A DNA stretch of 64,000 nt. It comes from Octopus vulgaris (taxonomy: Eukaryota). The position numbers and the translations under genes are program-made. Within the stretch, counting starts at the first letter, position 1. Each line of letters starts with the position of its first letter. The notes under the pieces are model-generated. The model searched no databases and was not told the DNA's origin. It saw only the letters and a list, made by a program, of their open reading frames with translations. Positions 12,635-27,681 of this stretch are shown in pieces. The stretch covers positions 64,976,001-65,040,000 of the forward strand of contig OX597819.1 in NCBI GenBank assembly GCA_951406725.2, read 5' to 3'.

Positions 12635-13142
12635 GACACATTTCTATATGAACATATGCACCCACGCACACACATGTATACATATATACTTGCCTACCTA
12701 CTTACATAAATACACAAATACATACGTATATACATAAAACAGCTGCTATACGAGTCATGTTCTTGTACGGTCAACATAGCGTCGGAAACTTACAACTACA
12801 ATTTCATGAGCAAATTCCTAAATCTCGGTGATCGTTAGTTGTTCTTTTCGGGTTTACACGCTTTCTGGTTTTTTTTTCTTTGTTAAAATGATGTTTTAAT
12901 TTTCGTTCTTGTTTACATTATATTTTTCGTGTTAGTTTAGGTTCATATGCCATATTTTTTCCATTCCCTTTTTCTGAGCACTTGTGAATTTGTTGAACAA
13001 ATATAATATTAAAGTGCATTCGTTCTACTTAAACAACTTCTACGTTGTTTACTCTTAATTTTCGTGCTGTTTGATGTATGTGTGCCAATGTATGCTGTGT
13101 TTTAATCATGTGTTCGTTCGTATAGCTGTTGTAGTTTAGTAG

Positions 13143-13198
<56 letters not shown>

Positions 13199-13802
13199 AA
13201 GAATGCTTAATATTTCTTCTCAGCAAATAGATTTTGTCTCTGGCTTTTTGTACGGGTGCCGTGAATTCCATGTTAGTAAATAAAATTAATTGTGTAAACA
13301 GATTCGATGTGAGGTTATACTCTATCTGAAAACTGATCTGTAATCGGATTCATACTATTGCATAGGTACTGTATTTAATTCGTTCTACAAATTCATTGCT
13401 TCTGTTTTTGACTTAACCATTTCCTAACAGATTTGGTTTTAAATAAATTAATTTTTGAGTTTTTACAGTTCAGGAATAAAATGCATTAATTTTCAAATCT
13501 CCGCTGCAACATTTGCAATTGTGAGCAATTGTAATGTTTCAGGATAACAGCAGCTGGATTAAACTTTCAAAAATGCTAGCTCGTAATATGCACGCCTTGT
13601 ATTTCCTACTTTGAGAATATGTAATTTCAATGTCTAATTAAGGCAGATCTCTTTCTCAAAAAAAAAAAAAAAAAAAATCTAAAGCAGCAACAGTGGAATA
13701 ACATTTATTATAATTAGATACAGTGTGTTGTCTAAAGACGGATATAATCAGTTACAAACACATGTTCGTTACCTGAATTTATCTTTACCTGAATAATTGA
13801 AA

Positions 13803-14370
13803 TATTGGGTTGTCCGGAAAGTTCATGCCAATTTATAGCAGCTTACATTTCGACTTATTTTAGTAAATGGTTGAGTCCATAAAATAGGATTTGACTACAC
13901 CTCCAATTAGAGCACCGTTTAAGTTATTTTCTCGTGGAAAAAGGTTTATGTTCCTATAACCTGTGTTAATTCTGTAACCCTTTAAATTGGAAGACAAGAA
14001 AGTTCATTTTCAGCACTTGATGTTTGGGAACTAGACAAAAACTGCTGTAGCTCGGCTGGGATGTGTTACCCCACCCTCCATATTCATCAGATATTGCTCC
14101 TTCGGATTTCCACTTATTCAGGTCTCTGCAGAATAGTCTTAATGGTAAAAATTTCAATTCCTTGGATGACATAAAAAAATACCTTGATGAATTCTTTACT
14201 CTGAAACCACCTGAATTCTGGGAAGAGGGTATTTTCAATTTAAAGAAAAGCTGGAGATGCACTGTGCAACAAAATGGTTCATATTGGGTTGATTAAAAAT
14301 GTAATGGTATGTATTTATTGACCTTTTTCTTTCCTTGAAAATCGGCATGGACTTTCCGGACAACCCAATA
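13803..14370 (+). mobile_element. internally deleted mariner (DD34D) element, ~565 bp, with TIRs and TA TSD
   Basis: TIR ttgggttgtccggaaagttcatgcc / ggcatggactttccggacaacccaa flanked by TA; residual HPPYSSDIAPSDFHLF motif. Confidence 0.92.
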
Positions 14371-15434
14371 CATATAAATAAGGATAATTTTTGTCAAGCT
14401 ACACCTAAGTCCCACATAATGATATGAAATGATGTTTATATTTGCACGTCCATCAACAGCAACTACTGTGTGTGTATGTGTGTGTGTGGTGTGTGTGTGA
14501 GTGTGTGTCTGTGTGTGTCTGTGTGTGTGTATGTGAGTTTGTGTGTGTGTTCGTTTGCTTTGCTTAAGATACACGATTATGCTTTTAGGAACAATATGAA
14601 ATACGAAGCATATGCATTGTATGTAAAATATATAAATAGACGTTAACGAATCGTTTGTACACACTCTCTCACCTTACATAATAGTCGTGCATAATCATCA
14701 CGTGATTTGTTATTTAAATTTCAGCTCATCGGTCGGACCTAATTTTCTTGACGAAAACTGTTCACTATGCAATTAGTTTCTTTATATGAACGCTCTCACA
14801 GCATATATGTTCGCGCTTAGATTACTCATAGCTTCTCGTTCAAATTTCAGCTCATTAAGATAATGGGCTCCCAGTCACATATTCGAGACCGTAATAAGAC
14901 CATGATACGTTAACCAAATTTCTGCTCCTTATTCGTGTTCAAGTTTCTTCATAAACCTGTTCATTATATAAGTAGTTCATATAAAGTATCGTTCGCATAT
15001 GGGTACCCCGCTGAAGTTAACTATACTACACTACTTCGTAGCAAGTTTCGCTATACGCTCATGTTCTCTTATTGCAGTTACGTAAACATTTGCTCAGGAT
15101 CGTTTGAAGAAATATTTCTTCTCGCTTTCATACCCGGTTGTAATCAGATTGTTACAATCGATATACAGCTGGAAGAACAGGCCCGAACAAGTATATATCT
15201 TTATGCATTAGATGTTGGTATGCATTAATTTGCTAGTTCTACAGCATGCAGGCACATTCACTATTTGCCATAAGAATGGTCTTTGCGAATGCCAACAACG
15301 TTAGTATTTTGATATCAAAATTGACAGCTTACTGGTAGCATTAGACATTACCGATAAAATGTCAGTACGCTGTAGCAGTAGCTGACAAACAAGTATTTTG
15401 CAGCTGCCTTTCAGTCATAAAGTTTCCTCATCAC

Positions 15435-16039
<605 letters not shown>

Positions 16040-16207
16040 ATATATATATATGAATGTGTGTGTGCAGAGAGAGAGAGAGAGAGAAACAGAGACAGACGCA
16101 GATACAGAGAGAAAGAGAAACATAGATGGATGAATATGCACACACACTAACATATATGCAGATAGATAGACAGGTAGATAGATAGATAGATAGATAGACA
16201 GATAGAC

Positions 16208-16302
<95 letters not shown>

Positions 16303-16356
16303 CAGACAGACAAATAGATAGATAGATACATAGATCGCTAGATAGATCGTGGGCAA

Positions 16357-17140
16357 TTATGGAGTGAGTTTTAGGACTTTTAAATCTAATATTATCCTAT
16401 CCTTCCTTAATACTTGTTCCCATATACTGTTCATATCTGCACTCGGTCTGCTTTGCAGGTTGATGTGTCCTAGCATATGTGTTTCTTCTTCTAATTTTCG
16501 TATTTTCCAGTGGTGTTCTCTATCTATTATTTTAACTTCATTTCTCAGGGGCAGCTGGTCTCCATTTTCCCATACATAATCAGTTATACCCTCTTTATCA
16601 ATATCTCCCTGTATCACAGCATTGCGATGTTCCTCCACCCTTATTTTGAGGGGGCGGCATTTTTCGCCTTTGTATAACCTACCACAGCTACATGGGATGG
16701 AGTCCACACAATTCTTGGTCATATTCTCTTCTATTGGTGGTTTTACTCGAAATAGATATTTGTATTACTTCTGCTGTCATATGGGCCGCATATCTTTTGT
16801 TTCTTTTCGAAGAGGCCTTTCATATAGGGTAAACGGTATGTGTATAGTTTATCGGTTTCATGGTCACTTTTCTTCATAATTGAATCGCTACTTATATGCA
16901 ATGGATATAAGTAGCGATCCTGATACCCACCACGAAGAAATGATCAAGCTCAGTTACATTCTATTAAGCAACAAGTACCCCCAAAGCATACTCTCCACTC
17001 CAATTATGATGAAAAGAGGATGAAACCGATAAACTGTCCACAGTCTGTCTACCCTATGTGAAAGGCCTCTCCGAAAAGATACAAAAGATATGCGACACAT
17101 ATGACATCAGGGTAGTATTCAAGAGTCATACGACACTTTA
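16357..17140 (-). mobile_element. Penelope/Poseidon-type PLE fragment: GIY-YIG on the minus strand (16357-16898) fused head-to-head to an inverted linker copy (16905-17140, plus)
   Basis: CVDSIPCSCGRLYKGE..RPLKIRVEEH...VKIIDREHHWKIRKLEE; plus-strand VCLPYVKGLSEKIQKICDTYDIRVVFKS; palindromic junction atcgctacttatat/atataagtagcgat. Confidence 0.85.
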
Positions 17141-17452
17141 TACAATCTAAAGAAAATGCAGAGTTTAAACACAGAAGAAAAATGTCTTTGGTTTTATAAC
17201 AGTCAGTTCCATAACGCCTACGTACGTTTCAATTTCTTACCTTCATTCACATTTTCCAGTTAAGATTGCACTATACATTTGAAAGGTGAACATCCGCTCA
17301 GGTCAAAAATTGCAACACGTTGTTCACATCCCAATGAATGGAGAGTTAAAACACACACACACACACAAAGACACATATGTACATATGTATGTATGCATGT
17401 TTGTGTGTGCGTGCGTTTGAGCGTGTATGTATATGTATATATATTTATATGC

Positions 17453-17492
<40 letters not shown>

Positions 17493-17562
17493 TATATATC
17501 TATATACATATGTATATACATACATATAAACATATATAAACACATACACAGATATACACATA

Positions 17563-17610
<48 letters not shown>

Positions 17611-17612
<2 letters not shown>

Positions 17613-17982
17613 CGCAGGAGTGGCTGTGTGAGAAGTAGCTTTCTTACCAACCACATTGTTACGGGTTCAGTCCCGCTATGTGGCAACTTGGAGAAGTGTC
17701 TGCTACTATAGCCTGCGGCTGGCCAAAGCCTTGTTAGTGGATTTGGTAGACGGAAGCTGAAAGATACCCGTCGTATATGTATGTGCGTGTGTGTATGTTT
17801 GTATTTGTCCCTCCGACATCGCTTGACAACCGATGCTGGTGTGCTTACGTTCCCGTAACTTATCAGTTCAGCAAAAGAGACCGATAGAATAAGTACTAGG
17901 CTTACGAAGAATAAGTCCTAGGGTTGATTTGCACGACTGAAGGCGGTGCTCCAGCATGGCCACAGTCAAATGACTGAAACAT
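17611..17982 (+). mobile_element. SINE family B (tRNA head + cttggagaag/cttgggcaag CORE-like block + internal microsatellite)
   Basis: ggcgcaggagtggctgtgtg...gggttcagtccc head; many copies in the window. Confidence 0.9.
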
Positions 17983-18057
17983 ATAAATAGATATAATTGA
18001 ATATATGTATATACATATGTATAAACATATATAAACACATACACAGATATACACATA

Positions 18058-18107
<50 letters not shown>

Positions 18108-18109
<2 letters not shown>

Positions 18110-18490
18110 CGCAGGAGTGGCTGTGTGAGAAGTAGCTTTCTTACCAACCACATTGTTACGGGTTCAGTCCCGCTATGTGGCAACTTGGAGAAGTGTCTGC
18201 TACTATAGCCTGCGGCTGGCCAAAGCCTTGTTAGTGGATTTGGTAGACGGAAGCTGAAAGATACCCGTCGTATATGTATGTGCGTGTGTGTATGTTTGTA
18301 TTTGTCCCTCCGACATCGCTTGACAACCGATGCTGGTGTGCTTACGTTCCCGTAACTTATCAGTTCAGCAAAAGAGACCGATAGAATAAGTACTAGGCTT
18401 ACGAAGAATAAGTCCTAGGGTTGATTTGCACGACTGAAGGCGGTGCTCCAGCATGGCCGCAGTCAAATGACTGAAACATATAAAAGAATA
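18108..18490 (+). mobile_element. SINE family B, tandem duplicate of 17611-17982
   Basis: Near-identical copy including flanking sequence, period 497. Confidence 0.9.
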
Positions 18491-18668
18491 ATTGAATATA
18501 TGTATATATGTATAGATATATATAAAAATATGTATATGCATATGTATATATATATATATATTTATATAACATAGGGACTAAAGCCATCTGAATATGGCTA
18601 GGACAGGCAGGTGGTGGGGTGTTACTGTTGCATTTATGTATATATATATATATATGCAGGTTTAGGCA

Positions 18669-18767
<99 letters not shown>

Positions 18768-18794
18768 GTATACATATATACATATGTGCATATT

Positions 18795-18975
18795 CTTTTA
18801 TTTGTTTCAGTCATTTGACTGCGGCAATACTGGAGCACCCCTTTATTCAACCAAATCGACCTCAGAACTTATACTTTGTAAGCTTAGTACTTACTCTACT
18901 GCCCTCTTTTTCCCGAACCGCTAAGTTACGGAGACGTAAACACACCAACATCATTTGTCGAGCGATGGTGTTGAT
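18795..18975 (-). mobile_element. SINE family B, 3' fragment
   Basis: tgtttcagtcatttgactgcggc...ccgaaccgctaagttacgg. Confidence 0.8.
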
Positions 18976-19741
18976 AGTGTTGGTTGTGACGGGGTTAGTA
19001 GTGGTGGCGGTCATGGTAGTGGGGATAAAGACACAGGTACACAGATATACACACATATGTATAATGCTATATATATATTGAAATTATATGTATATATTCA
19101 TACATATCTCATTTTCATAAATACCAATTTGTGTACTTATATAGATACGTACGCAAACTCATATTAAAATTCAGGCTATAATCGTTAAATGTGCTGATAA
19201 ATAGAAAATGCCTTTAATATACGCCTTGTTGAACACAATATCAAAAATGTCCACTCATTCAATAGAATAGATACCATGCATTATCTGAATGCACTTTTGA
19301 TGCATCTTTGCCAAATGCGCAGTTGATTAACTCGTTTCGAAATCATTCGCTGATCTGCATAATTACGAGGCCAATGTTAAATAATGAGAATAATTCCATT
19401 TGCAGGGAGGTTCATTTTGTCCAGCAGCAAATGCTGTGATATTGAATTCTCTTAAAGTAATCGCTGGGAAAAACAATGTGTATCCTTCTACAGACATGCG
19501 GGACTCCATGCTCAAAAGTTTTATTTCATTACACCAACCATCAACGAATATAGAACGATTTCCAATCTGGTAATTTTATTGTCATACACTATTGTGTCGG
19601 TATCGTAAATTAACGAGAATTTGCTTGACATACAAGTCTGCTTGAGCCAATATCAATGAAAGCATTTAAGTTGACATTAAAAAAAAGTCACTTTAATATA
19701 TGTGAGAGTGCGATATATATATATTATATATATATATTATA

Positions 19742-19913
19742 GGCGTAGGAGTGGATATGTGGTAAGTAGCTGGCTTACCAACCACATGGTTCCGGGTTCA
19801 GTCCCACTGCCTGGCACCTTGAGTAAGTGTCTTCTACTATAACCTTGGGCCAAAGCCTTGTGAATGGATTTGGTTGACGGAAACTGAAAGAACATTGTCG
19901 TATATATGTACGT

Positions 19914-19960
<47 letters not shown>

Positions 19961-20075
19961 TCCCCCAACATCGCTTGACAACCGATGCTGATGTGTTTAC
20001 GTCCCTGTAATTTAGCGTTTCGGCAAAAGAGACCGATAGAATAAATTCTAGGCTTCCAAAGATTTGCTCGACTAA
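19742..20075 (+). mobile_element. SINE family B, 3'-deleted
   Basis: Head and body homologous to 20432-20840. Confidence 0.88.
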
Positions 20076-20089
20076 ATGCGTTATATATA

Positions 20090-20972
20090 ATCGTGTAGAT
20101 TTGTATTGTTTTGCTTTATATATATTCATTCTCATTCATATAGTTGTGTATGTAGACATATTCCTATATATTCAAATGATAAACTTCTGGGAAGTTTTAC
20201 AAATGTTTACAGTTCCAGTGATGAATTTGATCTGCAATGTTCGAATTAGCTTTCTCCTCTCCTGTTATGAGAAGCTCAATATCACACGATTGGTATTTAG
20301 GCGGTGTGTTACATATCCCAGGAGACCAATAATTGCTGGTATAAACCTGAACTTGTAATCTGGAGAGAATAACTGCTGATTTCACAACAGCTCAACATAG
20401 GTGTTCTCTTTTTCACTGATCTTCAGCATTAGGCGCAGGTGTGGCTGTGTGGTAAGTAGCTTGCTAACCAACCACATGGTTCCGGGTTCAGTCCCACTGC
20501 GTGGCATCTTGGGCAAGTGTCTTCTGCTATAGCCCCGGGCCGACCAATGCTCTGTGAGTGGATTTGGTAGACGGAAACTGAAAGAAGCCTGTCGTATATA
20601 TGTATATATATATAAGTGTGTGTGTATATGTTTGTGTGTCTGTGTTTGTCCCCTTAGCATTGCTTGACAACCGATGCTGGTGTGTTTACGTCCCCGTTAC
20701 TTAACGGTTCGGCAAAAGAGACCGATAGAATAAGTACTGGGCTTACAAAGAATAAGTCCCGGGGTCGATTTGGTCGACTAAAGGCGGTGCTCCAGCATGG
20801 CCGCAGTCAAATGACTGAAACAAGTAAAAGAGTAAAAGAGATTACGTTAAAATCCGCCGGGCAGCTAATTTCCACAATTGTACACAGTTTCTATTCCCTA
20901 TTACAAATCATAATATCAGGTCTGTTGTGCCTATATTTTATTGAGGTCATCACTGGGACAGTATGTATTTAG
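20090..20972 (-). mobile_element. RLE-type non-LTR retrotransposon 3' fragment, interrupted by a SINE
   Basis: Minus strand KYRHNRPDIMICNRE*KLCTIVEISCPADFNV|LKISEKENTYVELL..PDYKFRFIPAIIGLLGYVT (RPD..E..K..Y endonuclease motif); homologous to 28124-28600; adjacent to (TATG)n. Confidence 0.75.
20432..20840 (+). mobile_element. SINE family B, full length, apparently young copy
   Basis: Box A/B-like motifs, cttgggcaagtgtctt block, tail gaaacaagtaaaagagtaaaagag. Confidence 0.92.
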
Positions 20973-20976
20973 GCGG

Positions 20977-21113
20977 TGTATGTATGTATGTATGCATGTA
21001 TGTATGTATTATGTATGTATGTATGCATGTATGTATGTATGTATGTATGTATGTATGTATGTATGTATGTATGTATGTATGTATGTATGTATGTATGTAT
21101 GTATGTATGTATG
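20977..21113. repeat. (TATG)n microsatellite
   Basis: Direct reading. Confidence 0.97.
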
Positions 21114-21493
21114 CCTTTTAGACATTTCAGTTTTAAGATTCAGTAGCTGAAAGACTTTCCCATTTCATTCGTGCGCAAGCTGCTTTAGATATCACAGAAA
21201 CATGGATATTTTGAATAATTCTAGGGTGTATCGATGTAACAAATGGCTGAATTGTTGAATTTTTATCAGAATTCAGGCAAAGGGCCTTCAGGCAATTTCT
21301 TGCTGAATCAATTCAAATTACTTGGATTGACTTACTTTCCCGTGAGTCAAACGCAGTAATATAATGAGGTGACTGATTATGCAACACTGGCACTCTCACA
21401 AAGAATACATCAGACCAAATCAATCACGATATTTTGTTCCTACTTGGTGTATAGAGGACTTAGTGGGTGAGTGTGTCACTCCAAGTTTAAGGG

Positions 21494-21562
<69 letters not shown>

Positions 21563-21572
21563 ATTTTAAGGG

Positions 21573-21635
<63 letters not shown>

Positions 21636-21899
21636 TATTTTAGTTATCTCTGTGAGTGTGAGTTTGTGTTGGCGTGTATGGGTGTACGTGCGTGAGTGCG
21701 CGCGCGTGTGCATATCACGATATCACGGTATCGATCTGACAATCCAATGTTGTTATATATCGCTGGTCTCAATGCGCTTCAATTGCTTTACTTTTAGTAT
21801 GAAATCACCCTGTTAGCTAGGCAAATCCGTCAAAGAGAGGCCCTGAACCGAAGGCTATTCCGTCAGAGGGTTACCCATTTATAGCTGTGAGGACTGAAA

Positions 21900-22072
21900 A
21901 ACAATGAAATTAAGTGTTTTGCTGCAGATCTCATTTTAAAGCTGGGTGAAGTGGAGCAATGTGAAATAAAGTGTCTTGCTGAAGAACACAACACACTACT
22001 CAGTCTGGGAACGAAACTTAATAACTCATGAGTGTGAGCACGACGTTCTAACCACCGAGCCATTCGCCTTCA
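21900..22072 (-). mobile_element. degenerate tRNA-derived SINE (another family)
   Basis: Minus strand ggcgaatggctcggtggttagaacg...tgtgttcttcagcaagacactttatttcaca. Confidence 0.65.
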
Positions 22073-22235
22073 CACTCCCACACACATACACATACACGTG
22101 TGCATGTGTGCATTTGTTTTTGCGGGTGTGCAAACATACACCTATATATATCTATACATGTATTCACACAATGCAGACATACATTTCTCTACGGGCGTAT
22201 GCATAAGTGTTGGAGCATGCTTGCGTACTTGTGTT

Positions 22236-22269
<34 letters not shown>

Positions 22270-22720
22270 TGTCCGTGCGTGTGTGTGTGTGTGTGAACGC
22301 GTTATTATGTACAAGTACTATTAGTGCGAATTGACATTGTTAAGTGAAAAGTAAGAGGTGCGAAATAGGCCAAAAGAAGCCGGACATCAGCGCTGCATAG
22401 AAACACTTTGAAGGTCGTTAATATTGGAAGGTGTCGGAATCGTTTTGATCTCACATCGACAGCCGCTGCAAGGAGTGCCATGTAATGAAAAGCATATTCA
22501 GAATATGTAGACGCATACACATACACAAAAATCCAAGTAGTCACATGTACACATACATAAACGTATATATATATTCAAACACATATGTATGTATGTACGT
22601 ATATATCTGTTCATATATATACATATATACAGCCATATATATATATATATATATGTACATATATATATAAGTATATGTACATGTGTGTATATATATATAT
22701 ATATATATATTTATATGTAC

Positions 22721-22763
<43 letters not shown>

Positions 22764-22833
22764 TTTATATATATATTTATATTTATATATAGAAATATAT
22801 ATGTATACATATATACCTACATATATGTATATG

Positions 22834-22892
<59 letters not shown>

Positions 22893-25261
22893 TTATATAT
22901 ATATATACAGAGAGAGTGAGAGAGAGAGAATTCTTTTACTTTTTCGTCATATGACTCGACCATGCTGGAGCACCGCATATACACACACAGATACACACAC
23001 ACATGCGCACACAAGCGTATATATATGTATGCGTATACATATGTGCATCTACATGTAAATTAACTATATATGAGTGTATATGTGTGTATATATATGCATA
23101 TATATATACATATATACACACTTACAGAAACACACACAATTACACACGCACATATACATACACATACGTATTACATGTACAGGCAGTTAGAAACGCGGAC
23201 ATATACACGCACGCAGCTACACAATCACTCATATTCTCATATCCATACACCGACACACACAAAAGCATACACATGAAATGTTGAACATTTACCTTTAAGC
23301 TGCACCTGAATGAACTTCTCTATTTTATTCCTGCTAGTTTGAAAAATTTATAACAAGAAAGATTATGGATCAATATGATTGGCATTTAAACATCCACTGA
23401 TTCTTTTAAATATTTTACTTTGAGTCTATTAAATTGGTGTGGGTGATTACACGCGATTAACTTGGATTTTCAATTTTCAGAACTTATAGATATTCAACAA
23501 AGTGCGGGGTAATATATAGAGCACTTGATGGCCTCAGCGGTGGATCGAAGTCCTGATTCTTCAAATGTTAGGTGGAATTAAGCCAATTAGTCAAATACTA
23601 AATGTCTATGGGTGAATTATACTACTGGAATTATTACTTTTTCGCATTTATTAGATAAATTTAGGTCCGTATCAAACGAAGAAATTAGTTCGCATATGGA
23701 AGTTTCTCTCAGCTTTCTTTTCACATCCTCGTCTTCTTTCTCTCTCTCTCTGAATTATCTATCTATCTATCTGAAATCCTCACTCTCTCTGTACACTCAT
23801 ATACGCCTACATACATGCATACACACACGTTCACGCATATATATCGTTGCAAATGCATATATATAATTAGATACATATAGAATGACCCAGATACAAATTT
23901 ACATGCCTATAAATATGCATGTTCGCATGTGTGTATGAATATATATATATGCATATTTACACATATGTTTATGCATATACACATACATATATACATAAAT
24001 GTGTGTGTCTTACATAAATGTGTGTGTCTTTATACGGGTTTCTACACACACTCACATACACGCGCACACTTACACACACATACACACACACACACACCAC
24101 GCGCACTTGTATATGTAATATCGAAATATTCTCATAAAATGATATAAGATGGAAAACCACGGCATTTGAATTTATGTCATAAACGTAAAAATCAGATAAA
24201 TACTAAAATGCGAAAATAAGGAGAGAACATTTAAAACGAAAATTACAGAAATCAATAACGAATTTTAACTTTCTTGAATCGAGCACGATGACATAAATAC
24301 ATATTTTATCCTAACTGTCCCAAATTTGTGATTTTCTATGTAATTACAGCAATATTTAATATCAAAATTACGATTTGAAAAGTGACAATTATGTTCTGCG
24401 ATGTCTACCACCGAATTAGCAATATCTGTGACATTTCCAAGAGTACTTTAAAATTTTAATTGCTATTTCTTCAACATTCACACTTTACAGCATCGTTTGC
24501 GTCAATTCTCCTGATCTTTGATCTACAGAAGCTGTCCGCTGTAGATTTAAGTGTGTGTGCAGACGTTGGAATGGAATGTTTGGATGTACATGCCTGTGTG
24601 TATACACATGCACGCCTTCTATGTGTTAATGCATAAAAATATGTGAGTTGACCAAATTTCTTCCATTGACGTCTGTCTGAATTTAAAAAAAACAACATTT
24701 TTCTCGTTGTAAAAAACGGCTTCAACTTTAACTATCACGCACGTTCTGGTTAATATCATATAGGTTCATACATGTCTGAGGGCGTGTTGTGTGCTTAATT
24801 TTCTTCATGAGTGATGGTCTTTATACTGAAAAGGTCCCAAAATATAAGAAGCACTTTCTCAATCTTGAGAGCACGATTTCGATTCTGCTAGACATCGTCT
24901 TAGGCAAGCTTCATTTTCTACACCCTTGAGCCGACCCATATTTTTGGCTTCACGGGAATAGCCATGGATTTCCTTTGACACACAGTATCTTCAATTCAAA
25001 TCTCTGTATTTCCACACTATATCACAGTAATTCTGCTAGAGAATTCCTTTCAGGATAAACGCTAGGTTAGAAGATTCCTCAATTTAGCGTAAATTATACT
25101 AGCACGGAAGTTTAGGTGATCGTTCAACTGAATACTCAGGTTGAAGTAATTTGAACTAAGATGCATACATGGATAGACAATCACACACACTTATAGATAT
25201 ATATGAATACCTATGTGTGTATATATGTGTGTGTGTGTGTGTGTATGTGTAAGTATGTGTG

Positions 25262-25302
<41 letters not shown>

Positions 25303-25341
25303 CGGGATGCAGATGTACAGAATTTGCATAAGCATATATAT

Positions 25342-25458
25342 AGGCGCAGGTGTGGTTGTGTGGTAAGATGCTTGCTTCCCAACCACATGGTTATGGGTAC
25401 AGTCTCACTGCATGGAATCTTGGGCATTTTCTTCTACAATACCCTCGGGCCGACCAAG
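25342..25458 (+). mobile_element. SINE family B, 5' part fused to mariner copy
   Basis: Head ggcgcaggtgtggttgtgtggtaag; switches into mariner sequence at ccaagg. Confidence 0.8.
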
Positions 25459-25976
25459 GTCAGTAAATACTTGCCATTTCATTTTTAATCAACCAAATAT
25501 GAACGATTTTGTAGCACAATGTATCACCATCTTTCCTTTAAATTGAAAATACCCTCTTCCCAGAATTCAGGTGGTTTCATGGTAAATAATTCATCAAGGT
25601 ATTTTTACACCATCCAAAGAATTGAAATTTTTACCATTAAGACTATTTTGCAGAGACCTGAATAAGTGAAAATCTGAAGGAGCAATATCTGGTGAATATG
25701 GAGGGTGGGGTAACACATCGCAGCCGAGCTGCAGCAATTTTTGTCTGGTTCCCAAAGCATCAATTGCCGAAAATGAACTTTCTTAATTTCCATATTAAAG
25801 GGTTACAGGATTAACACTGGATATAGGAACTTAAACCTTCTTCCACGAAAAAATAGCTTAAACTGTGCTCTAAATGGCGGTGTAGTCAAATCCTATTTTA
25901 TGAACTCAACCACGTTCTAAAATAAGTCGGAAATAAGCTGCTATAAAGTGGCACAAACTTTCCAGACAACCCAATA
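25456..25976 (-). mobile_element. internally deleted mariner copy (one TIR lost)
   Basis: Reverse complement of 13803-14335; single TIR ...ccagacaacccaata. Confidence 0.9.
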
Positions 25977-27182
25977 CATATATGTATATGTATGTGTGTG
26001 TGTATACTTATATATATGTATGTATATGCGGATATATATGAGTGTATACAGTAGCCATTTCGATGCATTCATTTCATTACCTATAGACAGAAAATCGCTT
26101 ACAGTTTCGACAGCTTTTGTCAATATTTTGCTGTCAAATGTTGTCAAGTAGCATTCACGTAAGCAGCGAACGCTTGAAATATTTTCCCTCACAATCAATT
26201 TGCCTATATTCTCCCATTGTGTTTTCTTTTTTTCATCCGCTGATGCATACAACCTTCACATCAGCATTCGGTGAAAGACTGTAACAACTGTTTGAATATG
26301 ACTAGAAGTTAAGGAATTAGTTTTCGCTCTCAGCTTTTGGAAGTTTGTCTGCATCTGTCATCATTGTAATTTATGAATTATTTCTACATTCTTTGTTCTA
26401 AACGCAACGCCAACCCTGTAAGACCGCGGTGACCTATATATATAAACAACGGGTATTCTATGCAAGGTAAAGCCACTATGTCTCATCCTTGCACATCCCA
26501 CATCTTACCGACTTCACACTTAGAATACCTTAAAACATTCACTGAGACTTGGCCTTGGCAGTAGCTAACCTGGAAAAGACCTTTAATGATATTCCGTATT
26601 AAAGCCATTCTGTCGAGACAATAGCTCATTCGAGAAAAGAGTAATCTTTTGCGGAGATGTATACGGGTGTAAGTGGTTTAACTGGACATTTTTGGTGATA
26701 CACATCCAGAATCTGTTTGAATTGTTATGATATTTTTTCTTTCTCCTAAAAGACTTTGCCTGATGTTAAAAGAGCAGTACCAGTTGAAGTGAAAGAGTTC
26801 CATCTGTGAGCATGATTTTTCTAGAGGACGGGTGGCACGGGGATTAAGCCTTCGGTGAATTTTAAAGATGATGCCAAAATTATTTGGGCAATGGTGTCGG
26901 ACTTCTTTACTGTATTTCACTAATCCTATGGTGTTCGAGGTGTCGTTGGACTAACAGCAAACTCATTTTCGTTGGATGCTACAAAGGATTAGAGTGGACT
27001 CAGTAAAGTGTTTGGCTTAGGAAACGTTATGGTCAATATTGATAGAGTAAAATTATTATGTTTTAAATTATAAATATTGCGTTTTATCAATTGCTTATAA
27101 TTTTTTAAACGTATTACTTATGCATACAAAATGACGGAATATATAATCATACAAGTGGCGGCGGGAGCCAAACACACACACA

Positions 27183-27239
<57 letters not shown>

Positions 27240-27269
27240 CACACACACACACGCACACACACACACACA

Positions 27270-27410
27270 CATATGATGGGCTATCAGTTTCCGTCTACCA
27301 AATCCACTTACAAGGTTTTGGGTCGGCCTGAGGCTATGGAAACAGATACTTGTCCAAAAGGCCACTGAACCAGGAACCATTTTATTGGGAAGCAAATTTA
27401 TTACCACACA
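27270..27410 (-). mobile_element. SINE family B fragment
   Basis: cagtttccgtctaccaaatccac motif. Confidence 0.7.
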
Positions 27411-27681
27411 TCTGAAAAATACGTGTGATTGATAGCGTTTCTATATGTAGATGTATGTCTGAAGAATTAAAACTTCCCACACTTGGTAGAGTTAGGATAT
27501 GTTATGATCTGATAATTACTTGCTATTAAAAAGAAAAACAGCTTCACGAACCATATACAGCATTAATTCCATGGAAACAATTGTCAACATCTGACATACT
27601 ACTAAGAGACACCTTATACATACATACATACATATATATATATATGTGTGTGTGTGTGTGTATGTGTGTGTGTGTGTATGT

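Noticed and set aside
17216-17305. Hammerhead-like 3' half on the minus strand (GAAAC-GUAC-GUA-GGC)
   Set aside because: The 5' core and stem II cannot be assigned, so it is left out of the count
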